This document shows positions 10,701-19,455 of a stretch of 64,000 bases of DNA, piece after piece (position 1 is the first letter of the stretch; the number at the start of each line of letters is the position of its first letter). Origin of the DNA: Candidatus Latescibacterota bacterium (GTDB taxonomy: Bacteria; Latescibacterota; UBA2968; UBA8231); the NCBI GenBank assembly GCA_963422735.1, contig OY730476.1, forward strand, positions 3,520,001-3,584,000. The letters run 5' to 3'. A program made the position numbers and the translations under genes. The notes below the pieces were generated by a model, which saw nothing but the letters and a program-made list of their open reading frames with translations, was not told the DNA's origin and ran no database searches.

Positions 10701-10827
10701 CGATGTCGTCCCCCGCTAGATCTAGGGTCCAACTCCCCGTCAGGTGCAGGAGGCGGCAGGCGTACGCGACGATGCCCAACAGCAGCGCGAAAGCCAGCGC
10801 AGTTTGGAGCAAGAAATGCCGCTTCAA
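7705..10827 (-). CDS. GldG-like ABC transporter auxiliary protein with tandemly duplicated domain
   Basis: Two copies of TM + DL(A/T)xD..TL + ABC_transp_aux-like region (IDVLFWIQP / IDVLLWMQP; HRVFLQN / HDQFLLNAV). Probable TTG start overlaps the upstream stop (TTGA 10824-10827). Confidence 0.75.
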   Translation of the reverse strand: MKRHFLLQTALAFALLLGIVAYACRLLHLTGSWTLDLAGDDIATLAPATEHYLRSLDAPLSITYFATARENMPAHLKELEPQVRQLLSALRDHAPDRINYRVIDPDQSGGAGIGYAASKRASSFSVRRVLHDEHSEQKIWSSLVIARTDAPEVLVQSIEPEHLLYLEEYVIAQLQTGRAPPQSTFGVSAPPPFQLLAAFLNEAGPVIELDLNSDPTIPPKIDVLFWIQPEVATPEHVRQLLAFLASGRSAVLAGSTYQIGYSPAEDAISYWVHHTPPAWGQLLQPFGIRPVPDLLVDKNTGPIALDSGEVVAPFHLRVLPAFYNMKSFAAPGRGGLNFVAASALEVNPQIAKAKGFHAEIVGTTTESPRVLPLPADSFTDADLTGGLPVPKQNLLVLLKPDDPWQGQLFVLASASPFQDGIINQPGYAHRVFLQNLTRTYGEPERILRGRVEKGGPQRLVPPGALARFFWRFFAIFLVPLAFVSLGVRHYLRYGRPSWPIGRWGRQLGLAGLVLLVGALVWRGRGPYLDLTADQLNTPSPLLGRLLQGTSLSAELIATHRASMPRQLKDAEDRIRTLLADCNIPLRVIRPDVLTPDQRQAFAAEGLLPFPTERVLNDTLATQYVWSGLYLRGNGHSIAVPRLDQRTLRHLEFLLAAAAHSLQQGRKMRVAVISDLPRLSPAEALEDYQKKGLIAPGGTDVYSDLKALLADYLYDVHYINPRTPSMPSDIDVLLWMQPRRDSGPILLLLSQYLAQGGKAIVAMQHFNIQQRQYRGAGFQTVYWPQPQFQDLDRYLQLFGVEQLREVLFDRTQSHLDLETQVNRTAVREYDPQKVALPFLIRAVGQYYDRTSPITRHLGDLLFIWGNRLALHPAELSSAGITAQTLISTSSQAWAYPWQGGWLPPEVFAPQTYLSGPQPLVALLTGPFPEVAFTEDEDGRAVLQRVGEHPRQPGALLLIGSSEMFKNEHLLVPGFHHDQFLLNAVAYNAYGAELSTLQARRPTPRGFPFQSTEAKRLWRVLVVGAGPLLFLGYALYRRTRRA

Positions 10828-11591
10828 TACTTGGATCTCTGGAGGCTGATATAGTTCATCGAAACGAAAAAGCCGCTCATCAACGCGAAGTACAGCAGGT
10901 CGGCGAGGGCGATTACGCCGCGGCCAAAAGCCTCGTAGTGGGGCAGGACCGATATGGTCTCGTACAGCCACGTGCCCGGCTGATAGGCCGGAGCTAATCC
11001 GTCGAGGACCTCGACTACTTTCTCGTGCCCGCTGAGTACGAAGAAGAAGCCTAAGAGCGCGGCGAGCACAAAGGCCACGATTTGGTCGCGGGTCAGGCCG
11101 GAGGCAAACAGACCGAAAGACAGGAAGAAAGCACCCAACAGCAGTGCGCCGAGATAACTCGCGCATATACGCCCGAGATCGGGATCGCCGAGGAAGAGGA
11201 GCATCAGCACGATGGGCAGGCTACCGGCGAGGACGATCGCGTAGAAGCAGAGAGCCGCGAGATACTTGCCCAGCACGACCTGCAAGGAGTGCAGCGGCAG
11301 GGTCATCAGCAACTCGAAGGTGTGCTGGGCGCGTTCCTCGGCCCAGGCCCGCATGGTAATAGCTGGGACGAAGGGGATCAGCAGAAAGGGCAGGGCGGTG
11401 AAATACGGCCCCATATCGACAACCCCGTCGAGAAAAAAGGAATTCATAAAGGTGGTGCAAGACAGCACCAAAAAGACCGCCGCGTACGCATAGGCAATGG
11501 GCGAGTCGAAATACGCCACTAGCTCGCGGTCGAAGACAATGCGCGTACCGCGCAGGCACTCGGCAGCAGACAGGCGTTGCGCGTCAGACAT
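10824..11591 (-). CDS. ABC-2 permease, GldF-like
   Basis: RELVAYFDSPIAY, PAITMRAWAEER..TFELLMTLP, VVLGKYLA, LTRDQIVAF motifs. Confidence 0.88.
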   Translation of the reverse strand: MSDAQRLSAAECLRGTRIVFDRELVAYFDSPIAYAYAAVFLVLSCTTFMNSFFLDGVVDMGPYFTALPFLLIPFVPAITMRAWAEERAQHTFELLMTLPLHSLQVVLGKYLAALCFYAIVLAGSLPIVLMLLFLGDPDLGRICASYLGALLLGAFFLSFGLFASGLTRDQIVAFVLAALLGFFFVLSGHEKVVEVLDGLAPAYQPGTWLYETISVLPHYEAFGRGVIALADLLYFALMSGFFVSMNYISLQRSKY

Positions 11592-12333
11592 GGGTAGGGG
11601 TTGTGGTGCGGACTAGGTGGGCGAAGACCGCTTCGAGACCGGCCCCGGGGATGCCGGCGTCTGCGGCCAACTGTTCGACGCGGCCATCGCCGAGCAAGCG
11701 CCCTTGGTGGATGATCAACACGCGGTCGGCAATGGCTTCGACGTCGCCGATGATGTGGGTGCTAAAGAGGATCGCTCGGCCCGAGCTGAGCGTACGCAAG
11801 GTGTCGCGGAAAGCCAGTACCTGCAAGGGGTCGAAGCCGTGAGTTGGCTCGTCGAGGAGCAAGACCGGCGGATCGTGTACCATGGCGGTAGCCAGGCCGA
11901 TGCGCTGCCGGAACCCGGTGGAGCACTCCTTGACGCGCTGGGTAAGCACGTCTTCGAGCCCGCAGAGCGCGACTGCGCGCGCCAAGCTCCGCTGCAAGGC
12001 GTCGCCTTCGAGTCCGCGGGCTTGGGCGATGAAACGGAGGAACTTATCGACGCGCATCTCTTGGTAGAGCGGAGTGTCGCCCGACAGATAGCCGATGCGG
12101 CGGCGCACGGCCAGCGGGTGCTCCACCACGTCGATCCCGTCGATGGCGATTGTGCCGGCCGTAGGGTGGATAAAAGTGGAGAGCATCTTGAGCATGGTGC
12201 TCTTGCCGGCACCATTCGGGCCAACAAAGCCAACGATCTCGCCTTGATCAACGGCGAAGCTGACCTCGTCAACCGCGGTCAAAGTACCGTAGCGGCGGGT
12301 GACGGATTCTACGCGGATCATCTGCGGGTACAA
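11584..12333 (-). CDS. ABC transporter ATP-binding protein, GldA-like
   Basis: Walker A GPNGAGKST, signature-like CSTGFRQR, Walker B LLLDEP, H-loop STH. Confidence 0.93.
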   Translation of the reverse strand: MYPQMIRVESVTRRYGTLTAVDEVSFAVDQGEIVGFVGPNGAGKSTMLKMLSTFIHPTAGTIAIDGIDVVEHPLAVRRRIGYLSGDTPLYQEMRVDKFLRFIAQARGLEGDALQRSLARAVALCGLEDVLTQRVKECSTGFRQRIGLATAMVHDPPVLLLDEPTHGFDPLQVLAFRDTLRTLSSGRAILFSTHIIGDVEAIADRVLIIHQGRLLGDGRVEQLAADAGIPGAGLEAVFAHLVRTTTPTHV

Positions 12334-12747
12334 CTACTGTTTGAATACCCCGCAGCGGAGCATGGAAGCGCCGAAATAGGGATTGGCAATTTGGGACTGG
12401 TCCTTCTGGACCCAGTGCGCTCCCTTATCGCCGTCGGCCATCGGGCAGTACGCCACGACGTAGCCTTTGGGTATCTGGCCCTGCATCAATTCCTCGGATA
12501 GCGGCTTAAACGCCGTGCGCACCGAGGCAAGGTCGGCGGCGCGTGCGGCGTTTTCCGCCAGCGGCTTGAGCGTTGGGCTGGCATTTTGCACCATGCCTTG
12601 CAGTGCTTGGTGCGCCCGGTCTAGATCGTCGTCGGCCAAGGCTTCTTGGGCTGCGACGTAGTGGGTCAGCGCCGTAGGGGCCGGGTCGGGCGAATCACAA
12701 GCCGCGATTGCGAAGGCGATAAGGAACAGACGAGACGGGGAGCGCAT
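12334..12747 (-). CDS. DUF3347-type lipoprotein, putative metal-binding
   Basis: Lipobox IAAC; YCPMA...W.Q....IANPYFG.SML.CG motif. Confidence 0.78.
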   Translation of the reverse strand: MRSPSRLFLIAFAIAACDSPDPAPTALTHYVAAQEALADDDLDRAHQALQGMVQNASPTLKPLAENAARAADLASVRTAFKPLSEELMQGQIPKGYVVAYCPMADGDKGAHWVQKDQSQIANPYFGASMLRCGVFKQ

Positions 12748-12912
12748 TGGGATTTCTCGCGGAAAAGGGTAGTGGCCTGTTTTGAAAATTCAAGTTCATC
12801 ACCGTTTTAGAGAAAAATCGCGTCGGTCTTTCCGGTTTCTTTCTTGCAGCAACGTGAGCTTGCGCTGCAAAAGAACCAAGGAGTAGTCCTATTTTGTTGA
12901 GTAAACCAGTGC

Positions 12913-13140
12913 TCATCCCACTGATTTTAATAACTGAAAATATCGCTCTTTACTAATTCCAGCAGTTTTTAGATTAAATTGTATAATATCTCTCTCTACT
13001 TCTTTTCTCTTGGGAATTACTATTGATCTTCTACTAGGCTTCCTCATAATAATAGGATCGCCTTTTACACGCGAAAGAACAGAACCATCAGCTTCAAACA
13101 CCTACATTAATGTTCTCCAACTGCACGGCGTAAGTCTCAT
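12913..13140 (-). pseudogene. hicA: HicA-family toxin with in-frame TAG
   Basis: MRLTPCSWRTLM*VFEADGSVLSRVKGDPIIMRKP...IVIP...LKTAGISKERYFQLL. TAG at 13102-13104; the expected GSH/GDH His is Pro. Confidence 0.7.
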
Positions 13141-13445
13141 TGCTATAGCTTTTTGGGATGTAGATTTCTATAAAAAGAGCGTTTTGCTTGGGCAGCTCTA
13201 TACCATTAACCTCGAACTCTCCATTGACCCCACATTCTTTGAGAAGCTCTTTTAAGGTTCCGCCATCGAAAGCATCCTCAACAAACAAATAGCTGTACGG
13301 CCTCAGAAATCACGCGATGGGCTTCGTCCTTTGTCGTTCCCTGACTGCATACGTCAAAGGTGGGACAACGAGAAACATAGCCAAGCTCACCTTGCTCTAT
13401 CTCTATAGGGGATAAATACTTAGAATATAAAATCGCACCTGTCAT
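13094..13445 (-). pseudogene. hicB: HicB-family antitoxin, frameshifted
   Basis: GYVSRCPTFDVCSQGTTKDEA...EAVQLF continues in another frame as VEDAFDGGTLKELLKECG. A 4-bp duplication (CAAACAAA, 13282-13289) accounts for the shift. Confidence 0.75.
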
Positions 13446-13494
13446 CGGAAGTTTCTCCACAAGGGGAACTACTCATAATCTCATTTCCTTAGCG

Positions 13495-13523
13495 AATGTA
13501 ATAAGGTATATTTCCCGTGTCAA
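13495..13523 (-). promoter_or_regulatory. Sigma70-like promoter upstream of hicBA
   Basis: Minus strand TTGACA-17 nt-TACATT. Confidence 0.55.
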
Positions 13524-13566
13524 AAGAGAAGCGTTGCCCTGCTTCCGTACCCTAGATGTCGCTTTA

Positions 13567-15024
13567 ATGAGGATCGTGTCAGAAGCCGACCCCTATCCCG
13601 GCCCCAACGAGGAAGTGCTGGCCGCGCAAGCACGCGTCTGTACCGGGCCGCACCAGAGCCGCCCGCTGGGCAAAAAAGAGGGCGACCCAGACCCTCGGCG
13701 CATTCTGGAGCTAGTTTTCGCTTCGCTCAAGGGGGCCTTGCCCCGTGCAGAGCAGGTTTCCCCGGCCCAGATGGGCGCATTTTTCGCGGCGATGTCCATC
13801 CGCCGCACCTTCGGTGCGCAGACCGGTTGGAGCGCAGCCGAGGTCGAGGCGTTTGACCGCTATGGGGACGCGCTGGCGCAGATGCCCGAGGATTTGCGCT
13901 TCTTGCTGGGGATGGAACCTGATTTTGCCGGCCGCGGTGCGGGTGAAGCGCGGGTGGTTGCGGCTCTACGCCCGGTTTTGCAGGGCGAGCATTTGCTTTA
14001 TGAGGAAGTGCGCGATGCGCTCGGGGCCATGCTAGCGGGCGCGGTGCGCCCCTCGCTGATGGCCGCGTTCTTGATCGGCCAGCGGATGAACATCGAAGAT
14101 GCGGAAGAAATTCGCGCTCATCTCGACGCTGTGCTTCCCTCAGAGCAGGTGTTCGCTCTGCAAGTGGAGGCACTGACGCATTTTGGCCAGCCCTTTGACG
14201 GCGCGACGCGTTTCTTCCGCCCGACGCTCTTCGTCGCTGCCGTGCGCGCGGCCTTGGGCCGGGCGACCGTGCTACACGGCGTCGCCGAAATGCCGCCCAA
14301 GCGCGGAGTCACCGAGGAAGGGATACTAGCGGCCTTGGGTGCGCGGGTCGATCTGTCGCTGGCGTCGGCGGCCCGTTGCATCGAAGACCCGGCCGTTGGG
14401 TTCGCATACGTGAGTCAGCGCGCGTACGCCCCCCGCGCGTACGCGTTGCGTCATTTGCGCACCCACATTGCCAAACGCCCGCCTTGGGCCACTACTGAGA
14501 AGGCACAGCAGTTGTTTGCCGGCGCGACTTGGAACGGCATGATTGCGGGCTTTTACCACCTTGGCTACGAAGACAAGCTGTTGGGGTTGATGCAGGAGCG
14601 TGGCTTAGACGCGGGGCTGGCGATCAAGGGTGAGGAAGGGAGTAGCCACTACGGGTTGCGCTTGGGCAAGTCCTCGGACGCTCGGCGCAAGGCCATCAAC
14701 TACGTGCAGGGATTCCGCCGCGTTGGGGGCCGGTTGGAGACGGTGGCCGGCGACGTGAACCCAAGAGCCTACGGTTTTCGCTACGAGCAAAGCCCGCGTC
14801 CTGCGGAGGTGAGTGCGCGGGCTTTTGCCGCATTGGGCGTGGCGGCACTCAAGGGCGAGCAGGGGCCTGTTCGCGACCGCATAGTACTCAACGCGGGCTT
14901 GACCGACTACTATCTGGGCCTAAGTGCGAGTGCCGAAGAGGGGTTGGTCGAGGCGCGGAGGGCTATGGATAGCGGCCGGGCACTGGCGCATCTGGAGCGT
15001 TATATCAGCCAGTCGTGCGATTAG
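13567..15024 (+). CDS. Anthranilate phosphoribosyltransferase-like protein (TrpD/YbiB superfamily, long form)
   Basis: Duplicated helical N-domain (AQMGAFFAAM / LMAAFLIGQR), HFGQPFDG, VLHGV..MPPK.GVT, KRPPWATTEK, KGEEGS, LNAG. Start uncertain. Confidence 0.72.
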   Translation: MRIVSEADPYPGPNEEVLAAQARVCTGPHQSRPLGKKEGDPDPRRILELVFASLKGALPRAEQVSPAQMGAFFAAMSIRRTFGAQTGWSAAEVEAFDRYGDALAQMPEDLRFLLGMEPDFAGRGAGEARVVAALRPVLQGEHLLYEEVRDALGAMLAGAVRPSLMAAFLIGQRMNIEDAEEIRAHLDAVLPSEQVFALQVEALTHFGQPFDGATRFFRPTLFVAAVRAALGRATVLHGVAEMPPKRGVTEEGILAALGARVDLSLASAARCIEDPAVGFAYVSQRAYAPRAYALRHLRTHIAKRPPWATTEKAQQLFAGATWNGMIAGFYHLGYEDKLLGLMQERGLDAGLAIKGEEGSSHYGLRLGKSSDARRKAINYVQGFRRVGGRLETVAGDVNPRAYGFRYEQSPRPAEVSARAFAALGVAALKGEQGPVRDRIVLNAGLTDYYLGLSASAEEGLVEARRAMDSGRALAHLERYISQSCD

Positions 15025-15445
15025 GAATTGATGTTAGGCAGTCGTTGTCGTTTGCGGCTCCCGCGCACGTGGGAATCCAGCAGACAGCTTCGTGTCGGCG
15101 AGGACGCTTTGTGCGTCATTCGCTTACACTCAGTCGAGTCGTCGAGTTGCTCAGCAGTTCGACGGAACTCATCGAAGCCTAAGTCGCCGTGGGCTACTCT
15201 GGATGCTTGCTTGTCACGCCTTGTGGCGCGGTGAAGCGCAGGCATGATCCGTTAGGTAATCGGAAATCGGGATCTCGTGGCGTCTTTTGCGACAGATATC
15301 GGCCAATTCTTCGCGACATGGCACATCTTCGGCCGCTAGCCCCGCGCCGATCCACACGGCCCGATGCCACCAAATCGTGTAATAGGACGCGGCCGAACGG
15401 ATTTGGTAGGCCCTATGTGCCTCACAAGTGCTGCAACGCTGGATA

Positions 15446-17815
15446 CTACCTGCGGAAGAAGTTGCGGAAGTTGAGTCTTTTGTCTGAGAGACGGCCGGCA
15501 CCGGGCACGTACTGGCCGGTTCGAATATGGTCAATAGCGTACGCCGGGAATTCGACCCTGTACAGGCACTGGCCGCTGATTTCAAAGCCATCCCTCCAAA
15601 ATAAGAAGTCGAAGCTGTCGAAGCCGTATTTGAAGCGGTCGCCTTGGAGAACATTGGCATTGGCGGGATACACATGCACGAAGAACTGAACGTCGGGGGC
15701 TTCGCCTTTCGGTTCCTCTCCGCAGCCGTTCGTACCCTTGTTCACATACAACAGGCTATTCTGAGACCAGTACACGGTGTAGTCAGCGGAGTCTATTAGG
15801 ACGCGAGATTTTTTGCGATGGCTCATCCAATACTCCTGATATTCTGGGTTGGTGGCGGCCACCGTCTCGTACAGCTCGGCAAGTGCTCCGTGGATGAGCC
15901 AGTTTTCGGGTTCGCTCCGGACGGCTTGGGCGGCTTGGGCATCCACTAGGGCGAGCAGCTTCTTCGCCTCATTCCGGTGCATATAGATCCTTTGCCATTG
16001 CAGCACCACATTCTCGAAGAGAAGGGTGCGCGGGAGATTCGCCAGCGGCTCGAACTCGGCTGTGAGCCATTCGAAGTGTTCGACGACCTGATCGATGGTC
16101 TGATCTTCCACGCTCATAATTTCGTTCAAGCCGCTGGCCGTGGAGTGAATCGAGTGGTTGGCGTTCAGCCCTACTCCAACCAGCCCCACTGCTGCTAAGG
16201 CGAGAACAGCGCGGGCCCAGTGCCCGACGGCGACCTTTCGGCCAAGCCGGTCGATCCGAGAGGAAATCGACAGTCGAATCCAGCTCTTCTCGCGGCTATT
16301 CTGCGCTTCTAGGTTGGCGACGAAGGCGAGCAGTAGAATGTATTGCAAGGAGCCAGTGGTGGTGTCGAATAGGACCTGTTTTTGCACGAAGTATCCTGCC
16401 AGTGCCGCGCCCACAAATAAAATCAGGGTCTGGTCCTTGGATTCCGCTCCTTTGGCGGCGCGCAGCGCGGCGTAGAACAGGAATCCCCATAAGGCGAGAT
16501 ATCCGAGCAGACCAAGCGTTCCTGTCGTCGCAAGTACCTCGACGAGCTTGGCGTGTGCATAGTCGTGAATCTCTATGTCGACCTCTCCCTTGATATACCG
16601 GCCGAAGACGACAATGAAATTTTCCGGCCCCCAGCCGAGCAGAGGCCTGTCGGCGAAGCCCGCGAGGCCCGACTCCCAGGCCACTATGCGGGCACTAGCA
16701 CTCTCAGCGGCAGTTCGCTTGGGTGCATTTTCGTATGAGCCTACTCTGGACGCGACCATTTTCCCCAAGCGCTTTAGCAATACATTCGAGGATGATCTCA
16801 GATCGCCAAACGGCAGAGACAGAATCAATGCCAGCAGGATCGCGCAGCTAAGGAAACCTGTCGCACCATCAGCGACGCGCTGCACAGGTCTCGAGTGCGC
16901 TAGGTACGAGTACGCCGCTGCCAGAAACGCCAAGGCCATGCCGAGACCGGCGAGTCCCCCTAACGAGCCACTCAGGAAGAGGACCCACAGGCTGAGCAGG
17001 GCCGTGGTCCCCCAGAACAGCCTCGCGGCCCAAAGCATGTCGGGAGAATTCTTTCCGGCTGGCGGTACTTGTTGTCGGCGTCGTTTGCCGCGTTTTTCGG
17101 GCAAAGGTGCCGGCGCGGTCGGGGCCGCGGGAACGAACGACCGCGCCAAGAACCCGACGGCGACCACGAGGTGTACTAGCATGTACGCGCTGAGGTAGGT
17201 TGAATTGCCGAGGGTACCCAATGCCCGCCTATCCATATCGAAGCCGGGGGGCGGCCTCTGCGTCGCCGGGATATCCGGGTAGATCACCAAAATATCCGAG
17301 TAGAACGGCAGACGCACACCGTGGTTGAGCGCGATGACTAGCAGGGCCATGGCCAGGCCGCCGCCGAGATTGAGGTTTAGCAGCAACCGCCACTGGCTCG
17401 GCGTGCGGACCACGGATACCAGCACGACAGCAAGCGCGAACCAGTGCGCCTGATCCACCAAGCCCTGCATCCGTTCATAATTCGACCACAAGCTGCGCTG
17501 CATGCTGACGCCGAAACATGCCGCCAGCACCGAGATGCCCAGCACGACGGCGAGCAGGATCAACAGCCGGGAGCGCGGCGGTCGATACGCAGGATTGAAC
17601 AGGGCCAGTAGGGCCCAGCAGCCGACGACGATCTCGATCAGCGTGCGCGAGAACAGGGCCTTGCCGACCACAAAGGGAAAAATGGTTTCGGGCGTGACGA
17701 TAAAGGGCGTGACGAGGATCAGAGCGAAGCCCGCCCAGACGACGGCGAGCAGGACTTGCTCCGGCCGGCGAAGCGAGGCCGCCAGACCAGAGCTGTGTTT
17801 AGTCGTGGTTCCCAT
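15446..17815 (-). CDS. O-antigen ligase (Wzy_C) family protein with TPR-like region and extra C-terminal domain
   Basis: Many TM helices; SNYERMQGL, RALGTLGN, ARIVAW...DRPLLGWGPENF, DYAH motifs. C-terminal FFVHVYP...GFDSFDF...C...IRTGQY domain. Confidence 0.82.
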   Translation of the reverse strand: MGTTTKHSSGLAASLRRPEQVLLAVVWAGFALILVTPFIVTPETIFPFVVGKALFSRTLIEIVVGCWALLALFNPAYRPPRSRLLILLAVVLGISVLAACFGVSMQRSLWSNYERMQGLVDQAHWFALAVVLVSVVRTPSQWRLLLNLNLGGGLAMALLVIALNHGVRLPFYSDILVIYPDIPATQRPPPGFDMDRRALGTLGNSTYLSAYMLVHLVVAVGFLARSFVPAAPTAPAPLPEKRGKRRRQQVPPAGKNSPDMLWAARLFWGTTALLSLWVLFLSGSLGGLAGLGMALAFLAAAYSYLAHSRPVQRVADGATGFLSCAILLALILSLPFGDLRSSSNVLLKRLGKMVASRVGSYENAPKRTAAESASARIVAWESGLAGFADRPLLGWGPENFIVVFGRYIKGEVDIEIHDYAHAKLVEVLATTGTLGLLGYLALWGFLFYAALRAAKGAESKDQTLILFVGAALAGYFVQKQVLFDTTTGSLQYILLLAFVANLEAQNSREKSWIRLSISSRIDRLGRKVAVGHWARAVLALAAVGLVGVGLNANHSIHSTASGLNEIMSVEDQTIDQVVEHFEWLTAEFEPLANLPRTLLFENVVLQWQRIYMHRNEAKKLLALVDAQAAQAVRSEPENWLIHGALAELYETVAATNPEYQEYWMSHRKKSRVLIDSADYTVYWSQNSLLYVNKGTNGCGEEPKGEAPDVQFFVHVYPANANVLQGDRFKYGFDSFDFLFWRDGFEISGQCLYRVEFPAYAIDHIRTGQYVPGAGRLSDKRLNFRNFFRR

Positions 17816-18061
17816 GATTCCGTCGTGCTGGGATTACCTGTGGGACGCAGTGCTTCTTCGGCCGGATCCGCGTCGGCACCTCGTCGAGGCCCGAGCACTC
17901 CAGCGGCGGAACGCGGTAGCGGTCTGCCGGGACGAGTGGCATTCGCACCTTGCATGCCCCACACCGTGCCGTGCGGAAAGGCGGTCCGGACGAGGTCCCG
18001 ATCGCCCGCCGGCAGGGGCAGGAACGGCCTCCTTCCGGCTTTCCCCAGTTGCTTTGCGCCG

Positions 18062-19447
18062 TCATCTCTTGGCCCCGAGCCCCAGCGCGGACCGGCCTGC
18101 GGCCCACAGGAAGCTGGCGTCGTTGCGCCGCGGCAGCCAGACCGAGGACCAAGCCATTCGAGTCCCTGTGTGGAACGCGATCGCGAGAAGGAGGAAACGG
18201 CACAGCATGCCGAAGGTCATGGCCCAGGCGGCCGCTTCGACTCCGAGCCCTGGGTACAGCGCGAGAAGCGCGCAGAGATTGACGCAAAGCCCTAGGAAAA
18301 CCGCACACGAACAAACATGGGGCAGGTTGGTGCCCTTGAAGTGGGTCATGAATATCCCGGAGAGGGCGTATGCCAGTATGCCGGGCGCGATGATCCACAG
18401 CAACGGGACGGCCGGCAGGAAGGCTTCGGAAAGCGCCAGACGGACCAGCGGTGTGCTGAGCGCGAGAAAGGCGAGGAGGGGAACGACAGTTGCTACGCCG
18501 ACCAAGCGCAGGCAGAGTGCTACCAGCTCGGTGCGCTCTAGGTAGGCGACTCGGGGGAACAAGGCGCTGCCGATGGAATTGGAGACTAGGTTGAATCCTA
18601 GCATCAGCGTGCTGACTGCGGAGAACAGCCCGATTTCGGCTGTGCTCGCGAGCAGTCCCAGAACCACCACGCTGCTCTGGAACTCGACAGCGCTGCCGAC
18701 GCTGGCAGGATGATATTTCAGGCCGTAGCCGACAATACAGGTGAAATGCCGGCGGCTGGGCCACTCCAAGGTCAGCCCACAGTGCCGCCGCAGGTAGAGC
18801 AGGCAGACGGCGAACATGAGGCCGCGCGCGGCGGCGAAGGCGATGACGGCACCATTGACCCCCAAGCCTAAGTGCCAGACGAAAACCAGAATCATTAGCA
18901 CATTCGCCGCGAGGCGGAGCAGTGCCAAGAAAGACAGGCACCGGAAGCGCCGGAGCGCGACCAACTGGTGATCGAGTGCCAGGGAGAGGACCGTGAGGGG
19001 AATCAGCAGGAGGGACAGCAAGAAGGAGGGAGTCTCCGCCTGCTGGAAGAAAGCGATCTCGCTGTGGATGAGCGGGATGGCCAAGGCCGCGGCCAAGCCG
19101 CCCCCGACAAGACCGATCATCAGGGCGGAGGACACCGCTTGCGAGACGCTCATCTGCCTAGCCGCGACGAAATACTGTGCGCCCTGTAGCGCACCGGGAG
19201 TAAACAGCAGCCCGAACAAAGTCCCAAACGCGATGCAGACCGCATAGGCACCCCTCCCTTCAGGAAGGAGCATATAGGCGAGAATCCCCTGAACCAGAAG
19301 AGTCAGAGCGGCCGTGCCGACTAGGGTGGCAAACATCACGGACACGTCCTGCCCGCCGGTGGTGTCCGGGACTTTCAGCGCATCTGCCGCTCTTGGCTGC
19401 GATTCAAAGGTGCGCTTGAAAGGGGGTTCAGTTGGGGGAGCAAGCAT
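18062..19447 (-). CDS. Wzx-type oligosaccharide flippase
   Basis: About 12 TM helices; LLPEGRGAY, GLFS.......FPRVA, FLPAVPLLWIIAPG. AAGGA RBS before ATG at 19447. Confidence 0.85.
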   Translation of the reverse strand: MLAPPTEPPFKRTFESQPRAADALKVPDTTGGQDVSVMFATLVGTAALTLLVQGILAYMLLPEGRGAYAVCIAFGTLFGLLFTPGALQGAQYFVAARQMSVSQAVSSALMIGLVGGGLAAALAIPLIHSEIAFFQQAETPSFLLSLLLIPLTVLSLALDHQLVALRRFRCLSFLALLRLAANVLMILVFVWHLGLGVNGAVIAFAAARGLMFAVCLLYLRRHCGLTLEWPSRRHFTCIVGYGLKYHPASVGSAVEFQSSVVVLGLLASTAEIGLFSAVSTLMLGFNLVSNSIGSALFPRVAYLERTELVALCLRLVGVATVVPLLAFLALSTPLVRLALSEAFLPAVPLLWIIAPGILAYALSGIFMTHFKGTNLPHVCSCAVFLGLCVNLCALLALYPGLGVEAAAWAMTFGMLCRFLLLAIAFHTGTRMAWSSVWLPRRNDASFLWAAGRSALGLGAKR

Positions 19448-19455
19448 ATAAATCC

